The translations under genes and the position numbers were made by a program. Below the pieces are notes generated by a model. That model did no database searches. It was not told the DNA's origin and was given only the letters and a program-made list of their open reading frames with translations. Shown here one piece after another: positions 55,299 to 64,000 of a stretch of 64,000 nucleotides of DNA. The first letter of the stretch is position 1. Each line of letters opens with the position of its first letter. Source of the stretch: Balanoglossus misakiensis (Eukaryota; Animalia; Hemichordata); assembly GCA_040954595.2 (NCBI GenBank), contig CM082581.2, positions 4,456,699 through 4,520,698 of the forward strand. The letters run 5' to 3'.

Positions 55299-58200
55299 CT
55301 ACCTGTGGTGGCGGGAATATTTTTATGTACTCCCCGTGCTATAACAACAAACTTTATTATCGTCTGCGCACTTTCAAAAAAATGTTACACCTTTACCTGA
55401 TGGAGTCGCCTGTGGGTCTACGTTTTGTCGGACTCGCGTAATGGCCGGAATGATTTGTGGCTTTCCTTCCGAAATTACGAAACTCGGCTATTATCACAGG
55501 AATTTACCGGCGACACCGCTTCCATACGTTTAATGCGCACCGGTAGGCATTTTAACAACTGTGTGAACAGGCAGCTGTCTGGCTCAGATTGCGCATGACT
55601 CATCAAATTAAATGGGGGTGGTATCGCGTCAAATATTATGGCGCATCCACCGACACTTTATAGGGTAACATAATGCACAATTTGATAAAAAGTAATTATA
55701 AGATAAACATTAAATTCTTTTATCGAAAATGTTCCCCGGGGCAGCTGCGGTACTAATTTGGAAGATAACGGCGATCAGTTACTTTACAAGTGAAGTCATT
55801 TACCGGTTTCAGCTATTTGGGGTCGCTAATAAGTACTACGTCAGAGGCCACACTTGCCTGTACAAGTGGACAGCATTCACCGCTCGATGTACCAACTGAA
55901 ATCATTAACCTTAGACCACATTCGTGAGAAGGTCGTGTCTGGTTTTACGCCTCGGGCTTCGCGCTATGGTCATCAATAAACAAAAGGCTAGTAACCATAT
56001 GTTTATGTCATAATACTAAATTGCTTAATGTTTCTCGTAAAATTATACTGAACCACACTTTGGACACCGGCCCATGATCGTTAGTAACATAAATCACGCG
56101 TCTTCCATTACTTGGTTTCTGTGCGCACGTACCCATGACTAAGGCCATTGGATTTACACTACAAGCAAGGGGCCAACATGTGTGGTATCGCATGGTAATC
56201 AAAACCGCTTTGTCATCGAAAAGTTCTAAATTTATTTTACAAGTTAAGACATAACCGCAGACGGCTCGTTAACAGACATTTTATCGCTCTTGTCTGCAGT
56301 CTTCAAAAGATTTTATAAGTCCCCGTAGCTGTAGAGATTGTAGACTATACCCCCTTCCCCAAAAACTTGTCCGCTTTCAGGAAATATGTAAATCCCTGAC
56401 AAGTGTGAGTGTACAAAATTTTCCATAGAATTAACGCAGTATTGAGATGTTTTGGGGAGTTGGTTTTACAGGATGGTAACTGGACATAGTCATAGACTTG
56501 AATTCAGTATGGAAAATGTTACAAGTTTGCCGTTGCCTATGATGCTTTACTGGGCGTGGCTGGAAGACTCGAAATCTTGAAAATTTGTGATGGCATCCGT
56601 CACTTTACTTTCCCCAGTAATCAGTGCCACTTCTGTTGTCTTGGTAACTAACAATATATACCAATCTTTGAACAGATAAGCATCTTTCGAAACTGATTCG
56701 CTGTGCATAAATAAACCTACAAACACAATATTCTTGCGAACTTAAGACGCAGGTGACTGTTCCGTCCACTATACGAACGACAGTTGTAAGAATTACACGA
56801 AGAAACATGGCCCACTTATCCAACATAACCGAAAATAGAACAAATTGATTGATTGGTGTCATATGCCATTGGTGAAAATATTTCATGTAATAAAAGCAGA
56901 AATCGATTTCTTCGGTAAACTTGTAAAGAGCCTGTTCGATATCTCGACGTGCCGTCCGATTGCACACCCACTGACAGGTGTGTGCGAAGGAGGTAGCTTT
57001 GTTTCCTGCCGCGAAACGTTCATTGTTCGTTACACGTAGGCCTGGACAGGAGGCGTAATAACAAGTGCCCGTTGTGCTGGCGCTGTGTGCTCAGCCAAAT
57101 GTCATCAAACACGGCATGAAAGACCAGGATATTTTCTGTCCCGTCCAGCGTTACCACAGCGTCAATTTTTCAAGAAGGCAGGTGGACTGAAATGACTCGG
57201 AACGCTCGTACGAGTATCGTCAGCGAAATGAGGCGAAATACCGAACCACAATGATCTGGTTCAATGTCGCCTCGCGAAACTTGTTAAGTACAGTGCACGT
57301 CGGCTATATAGAAGAGTTCTCGTTACTGCTCATTTAAGTCAGCTGGACTAACAGTGTAAAGCGAAATATTTGCAGCTGGCAACAGGATTCCAATGTATCA
57401 GCACACGTTTCTTGATAAGAGCACAGCTGCCTGCAGTCTCTGTCGCGGGTTGTAACCGGCAAAATTAGATCAGTTTGACCCCTTGTTAATCTGTGGAAAT
57501 GCAATATGGTTCGGGTGGACTGCCCTTGGCGTTGTGCTCAAAAGCTGAGTACACGTATGTTCACTTAGTGTCTGTACAATCAATGCATGCACGTGATATG
57601 AGAGGGAAAATTGCGAGCAAATTTAACATTCTTAATGTTTTATTGCCTTCCGTTTTCTGTTCTAAACTCGGGCACGTTTTAAACCATGGTCGACGTTCCA
57701 AAAGAGACGTATTTTACATAATTTCATTTAATGTAGAGTATTTTGGAAAGTGGATGAGAAATCTAGTCCGTAGGGTGGGCATCTACTTTAGTTGTAATCG
57801 AAGCTGTGTGCATCGGTATACTGGCCAAAGGTAGAGTCGATAAGTTCATAAATATTGCATTATGGTCGAACAAGGCGGGAACGACAACTGCAGTGAGGAT
57901 AAGTGGGATAATAGTTAAATGAAATCGAACTTCATTCAAATTGTGTAATGGAACAAAACCCAATCAATTAACAGAGGGAAATTAAATAAATTAAATATAA
58001 TTTATTTGCAAGCCAGTCTATATACATTGTACATTGTACCAATCTATTGATCCGTGATCATTGATTATGAATATATCTTATAATGAGGTAAAACAAAAAC
58101 GTAAATATGTTCAGCTCTAAAACTCACCGCTGTATGTTATGTTAATGGCAAAACGAGCGGCGTGATACACAAATGAAATAAAATAGTCCTTTCTGAAAGC

Positions 58201-61200
58201 GTATTGAAATTAAAACATTCATTTACATGTAGTTTAATTTCACCTTGTCATCACCTTAAGAATTTTGGCAATAAACTTGAAGCTTACTAGCTAAAAATAT
58301 ACTGGATTGAACGTTCGTAATACAAAGGAATGAAAATCGTGGGGCAGGTCTGGTAGGGTTGTCCCCTTTCAGCGGTATGAAGTCTGATCCACGGTGCGGT
58401 ACACATAGGAGAGTTGCAGGAACGCCCTCGCCCGTGCTATCGCAAGAGGCACCACCAGTTGTGTAACAAGACAGTTTGTGCTTTTGGTAATATAGCTGTG
58501 CTAATTGTCTTACCTTGTAAAATCGATCGAAAAAATGAGCTTATGTCGACATTGTACAATGACTGTGCGTCTTGTTTTATTTAACGTAGGCCAAACGGAA
58601 AACACTCTCACGCAATGGAAATTGTGTATACATGTACGCCCACTTCTGAACTGAAAATACGTGTTATTTTGTTTGTCTGAATCTTCTGCGTTCCACTGAG
58701 TTTCATCATACGCAACCATTGTGCATCCTCAGACTTTTTTTTATTCCTGACTGTCTTATTACATCATTATTTTTCTGTTGAATGAAACAAGCTTAGCGCT
58801 TCAAATATGATTGGCAGTACAGGTATTTTTCTCTCTCTCCGTATAACGACCTGTTCATTACAATATCAGTAATTTGAGACGTTCGTGACAGGGAATTGAG
58901 GATAGTGGTTGTAACGACACAGTGGGTGTTACAAATTAGCCGCACCTACTCAAATATCCGATAAACTTAATGATGATTAATGTAAAAAGCTACAACATCT
59001 CTAAACTGAGAAGTTCACAAACTTGAACGTGGTAATGTCTGAATCGCCATAAAGCATTGAATTAAACCTCCGTTACACTGTACACACATTACAGTTCTCT
59101 ACATACTCTGAGGACAAACGCTGAATAAATAGTAGGCAACATTCCAACGTATGACGTGAAAAGATAATGTGTGCCACACGTCTTTTATTCGACCGATTCA
59201 GTAATTGAAATTGGACAATGTCAATTTGAATAGACATGTCATCCACACACAATGTTCATATTTACTCTTTACAAACTGAAAAGTACACTGTGGCAAAAAC
59301 ATCATCTATTTCTATTATATTATTGGCCTGGTTGCTGAAGCGTCACTTATGCTTGATACGTTCACAGCGCATGGCTGGGTGTGACGAATATGCCACCCCC
59401 CAAACACACACACATATACACGTAGTTCAGAAAGGTAGAGCATTTCTCAAGATAACTTATCCACATATAATCGCAGCGTCTTGTATAAAAATAATCCCGC
59501 CTATGGTGTCAAACTGCCTTCTTATTTTGTTCTCAATAATTAGCTACTATACAGTCGAAAATATATCCAAGTTTACAAAGTTCACTGCCCGATATAAACT
59601 TCGCTCGGTGTATATCCACATTGGCTATAACGGGGGTACGTTTCTTCAATTCTGAAAACAAAAAAATGAAAGAAATTTCAAAATTCATGCAAAAAATCAC
59701 CTTAGTAGCAAAATATAAACAAACTATTCCCAAGCTATGTAGAGTTTCATAATGTGCCACACAGATTCTTGGTTAGAATGGAAATAGTGCATTTTTCGAC
59801 GTCATCGTTCAGAAGTGTTTACTTCCGAAGATTATCGCTGCGTTTCACAGTCAATCACTGAATATCTGTGGGTATTTTGGTGTCAAGACGTCCTTTAAAA
59901 TTAGCATAAGCGCTTCTGTTACTTGTATTGAACTTTTTTTTTAAAAAACCTGACATTTGAATGACTGCTGTTGTCGCTTTCATGAACAGCAAAGCGACTC
60001 AATATGGAGCAATCACTGTGAAAAGAGAAAATGGCCGCGATATACTAAAAGCGTATGTTCTCTGCAACCAGTGCCATTACTGGTTATATGAAGTAGGAAC
60101 GACTATGCACTTCGCATACTAACTCTGAAATACCCGTTCGATGTGCCTTTTGTTATCACATTGAATTCTGCTACGATTCCGTTTGGTTTGGTGTTACCAA
60201 AATATCGCAATGAATTATTTCACTGTGATGATGGACACCAACAAAATGGTACTTCAAAGCGATTCGGGAGAAAGGTCGCATCAGAATGAACATCCAAAGT
60301 CCGATTGTTGCCTTGTGACATTGTACGTTTCTGCTCAAAACACGCTAAAGCAGAGTTTTAGGGTTTATCCCAAGGAGATCGTTATGGAGGTGATCTGTCA
60401 TGGCTAAGTAGGTGTTTACACTGCCGTGTTGGAGACGTCTGATGTCGGTCCAGTTGGGACACTGTACACTCTGTCATGCCTGTGGTCTCAACGATAGAAA
60501 TTCTATCGCTTCGCATTGTGGTCTAGGCTCTCCGTATGTGGTCAATGAAACATGTTACAAGCGAACGGATCCGGCTTAACACACGGCCAACCAGCAGGAC
60601 TGGTTTGACCGATACACACGACACATCGTATATACATGCCGATAGTGTAAAACAATCACGATACCCTCATCATCGCTTTCCAATATTATACAACACCCTG
60701 TGTGTACATCTGCCTTGAATGTCCTTACCAGAGGGCGTAAGGTTGCATTTATTAGCATATGGCTGTCGATTGCAATGATGGTCCTTTTTTGTCATCGTCT
60801 GAGGAGTGTGTGCTGTGTTTGAAGCACACAGTTGTCGTAAGCTTATGAGATTCGTGGTCGAACTGTGGGCATTAATGACATGGATATGCATTTTTGTCAG
60901 TAAAATCGCAAATTCCTTGTGCCAGGTCTTTCAGAAGAAATGAGTATCTTTGAAGAAATACTATGAAGCCTAGAACTTATTCAGTTTCCTTATAATACTG
61001 GTATCCTTAAGCAGGCTTTCCTATCTAGGTATTATAAGTTTCCAAATTTGCTACAGCTAGTGGTTTGTACTTAACGTTCCTTGTAAATCGATGCGGTGCG
61101 TGCGTGCGTCAGTGAACACTGGGATACCCCCTTTGATCACTACTCACGTTGCCAGCGCGCCCTGGAAATCCCTGATTGAGTGTGTTTCTTTCTAATGTCG

Positions 61201-64000
61201 CAGTAAGTCGTTTGGAAACGGCGAGTTACGCGCAACAAAAGGCAATGCATATGCAGGAGTCTGCGGTGTGTCTTAGCAAGTCAATCACTGAATCTGGTTC
61301 AATGCATCCCCCAACTTACGCAGCCTGAAGGCCTTGTGACGGGCCCGTGAATGCCATCGGGGGGTTTATTGAGATCCTTCCTTGACATAATCACCCTAAT
61401 TGGCATCTGCTTGTGCGCCTGGATTAGGATTACTGGCGGCTTTGTGACGATTGTGTGATACAATACAGGGGACCTTATTGACACGACCGGCAATAAAGAC
61501 ACGAGATGACGTACCTATACCCGTCTGAATCGCATTCTTAAGACTTCATAAATTTATTCACCTGCCGGAAGACGTCACCGCTGTATTATTGAAATTATAA
61601 GCTTGCCAGTGGCAATAGCCAAGTTGACACGAAACCATAGCAAAAAACCCATGAAATCCCAATATCTTGTTAACAAAGGTATGCCTGCTGAATTCAGATA
61701 GTGATTCAATAAAATTGTAATGTCTGCGGTCCCAGCAAATGTCGGCTTTGAGTGTGCAAATCCATTCTAAGGTAGTTCGTTTCCCAGTTACACGCTAACC
61801 ATATTAAGACCTGCCTAGGACTATAGTTAAGACACATTACACTACTTCGCCGCTTTTGCGTCAGCGGAGTTTATTGCAATACTTTTAACGTAAACTTCTG
61901 ACGTGACACATATTTAATTAAGGAGAGTCAGTAAAATTAAAAATTAAAAGAGATTTAAATTTTAGATTCTCGTCCTACAATGAGAACTCGAGGTCACGGC
62001 TGTAAAACGACCATTTATCCCCAAGTAAGACTCATGAACAGTGCACTTTTACTGCCAAGATGTCTACGTGTTATTATGACAAACTGCGTATCGGTCGATT
62101 AAAAGAAAACAAGCAGTTATAGAGTTGACATCTTCTTCTCTTTTGCGACTGACTTCAATTTTGTAGAATGCCGCACAGTGCATCACTGTTAGCATTTCAA
62201 ATATTTACTTTCACAGACGAATTCACTGCATCAAATCCGAGAAATGAAGCTGATGAAGGTGCGGATTATTCTCTGCGTTTATTTTGACAGGGTTATTTTT
62301 AAAGTCTTGAGCGCGTGTTCGAACTTTTTACATGCTACGACCGTCCCGCTGAGTTCACAGGGGAGCCCAGCGCCCGTCCGGTCCGGTTCTGGAGACACTA
62401 TACACCGTCACACATCACCGTCTGGAAAGTGTAACGCATGTGAGTTATCGATATGGCATCTCCATCATTCCAACAACCCAAGGCGGCTGGCTGTATACTT
62501 GCAAAGAACACCGCGATATGATTAACCAGACACGTCTTTGATTCTCCTTCCCTTGTAAACACGTTTCCTTGCATGCTTTTACCGTGATGAGTTTTAACTA
62601 CACACAACGGCCAGTCTTGCGCATGCTCTGTTGCTCGAGACATGCCACGGCTGGTAATTTGAATTTAATCAATCAACTAATTACGCCTAAGGAAATCGGC
62701 ATCTTTATTTCATCCTTGGGAAATTCGGAAATTTAGAATTTTACAGCTATCAGGTGACCAAAGACATATAACGATGCGCTCCATGCGGATTTATAAAACT
62801 TATACGAGGACATTCACTTTCCCGCTCAATTAATGATTATTCCCACTGGGACCACGCGTATAATATACATATCTTTATTTGAAAGCGCCTTCCGCATCGG
62901 TAAATATTCCAATATGCCAGAATTTGACATAGATTCTAAACGATGAGGATTATTGTAATGAGGAGAGCGGTGTGCATTGTTCAAAATATAATACGAACGA
63001 TTAGGGTGTTTCCTTGTTTATGCATGTTCACCATGACAACATGAAACGCGATTGTCGAAAGTCCGTGACATGCCAAATAAATTCACCAAGTGATACCGAT
63101 TCACACAGAGAAAAACAAACACATTTGCGCTAAAGGGATACCGACAAATATAATTGCCGTTCCAGAGAATCAGCCGACGATAGAACTATGGACGCCCGGT
63201 GAAGTGACCCACGCTGTTGAACGGCAACATGTACTTAGACTCGCAGCGGGGTAGGACTATCCAATACGATTGACCTTACTCAGGACCTGGAACTTGACTC
63301 CTCTATAGAAAGTGGTATTCTTAAACTGTAATGAAGAAACCTATTAGCACTAAGCTCAATAGCGTCTGGGGACTAGAGGTAGCGAAGGTTTTCGGTCATT
63401 TGTCTGCAATCCAATAATGCTGTTTGATCGCGTGTGTCGCTATATAATCGTGCACGTGATCATTTGAACATGCCGACACCAATAACTCACAGAGATATTA
63501 ATTGCCATCATTGAATTGGGGTTGTCAGTTTTAAATTAATGATAATTAAGCGTTTTCATATTTGCCTTCCGAAGTCGGCAGCAGATCAACATTGTCTGGA
63601 CGTTTGACTTTCGCTAAAATGCTTTAAACCTGGAAAATCGAGGGTAATCCATTGACATAGCACAGTGACGTCAGTGTACCTGCAAACGACCCGACAGAGC
63701 GCCTGTGGTGTACGTGTGTACTGCGACACGCGCGTCTTTTGTATACTAGAATACAGGCTTGATGAGAGATGCAATAGAATTATTTGATCGACACGAGAGC
63801 ATACAACATACATACATGTCTTATCAGAACTGCTTGCCCAAAACGGGGCTATGGTAGTGACAAAAACATTGTTTATCTTACAGTATTACTGGTAAGCCTG
63901 ATTGCATATCAATAATTATAATTTTACGACTTTTAAGAGACATCCCTATGCGACGCAGACAGCAACCACGCAAAAATGCGATTTTTGATATTGAGAATTT

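Noticed and set aside
1-64000. CRISPR arrays, rRNA, tRNA, prokaryotic operons
   Set aside because: The sequence is eukaryotic and non-coding in character; no repeat-spacer array or structural RNA signature was seen.

Overview
AT-rich eukaryotic (metazoan) genomic DNA with plentiful CpG. The repeat style suggests a marine invertebrate deuterostome such as a hemichordate, which is an inference. The only convincing protein-coding gene is an intronless 5-HT1-type serotonin receptor (class A GPCR, 21601..22788, +) in an otherwise gene-empty 64 kb. The rest is non-coding: candidate promoter and 5'UTR exons, compound microsatellites, a purine tract, a TTAA-flanked Kolobok-like MITE and decayed repeats. 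The most notable signal is two elements with different sequences but the same architecture (27470..28274 and 42214..42671, opposite orientations). Each has a long terminal hairpin next to a body enclosed by its own inverted repeats. On one strand only, both hairpins end in GA-[3-bp stem]-GCA-[3-bp stem]-GA and carry tandem GA/GA internal loops and G-T wobbles. This points to a conserved single-strand DNA fold, possibly the recombination or replication signal of a non-autonomous mobile element (Crypton-like is one hypothesis). The other ORFs in the supplied track look spurious.
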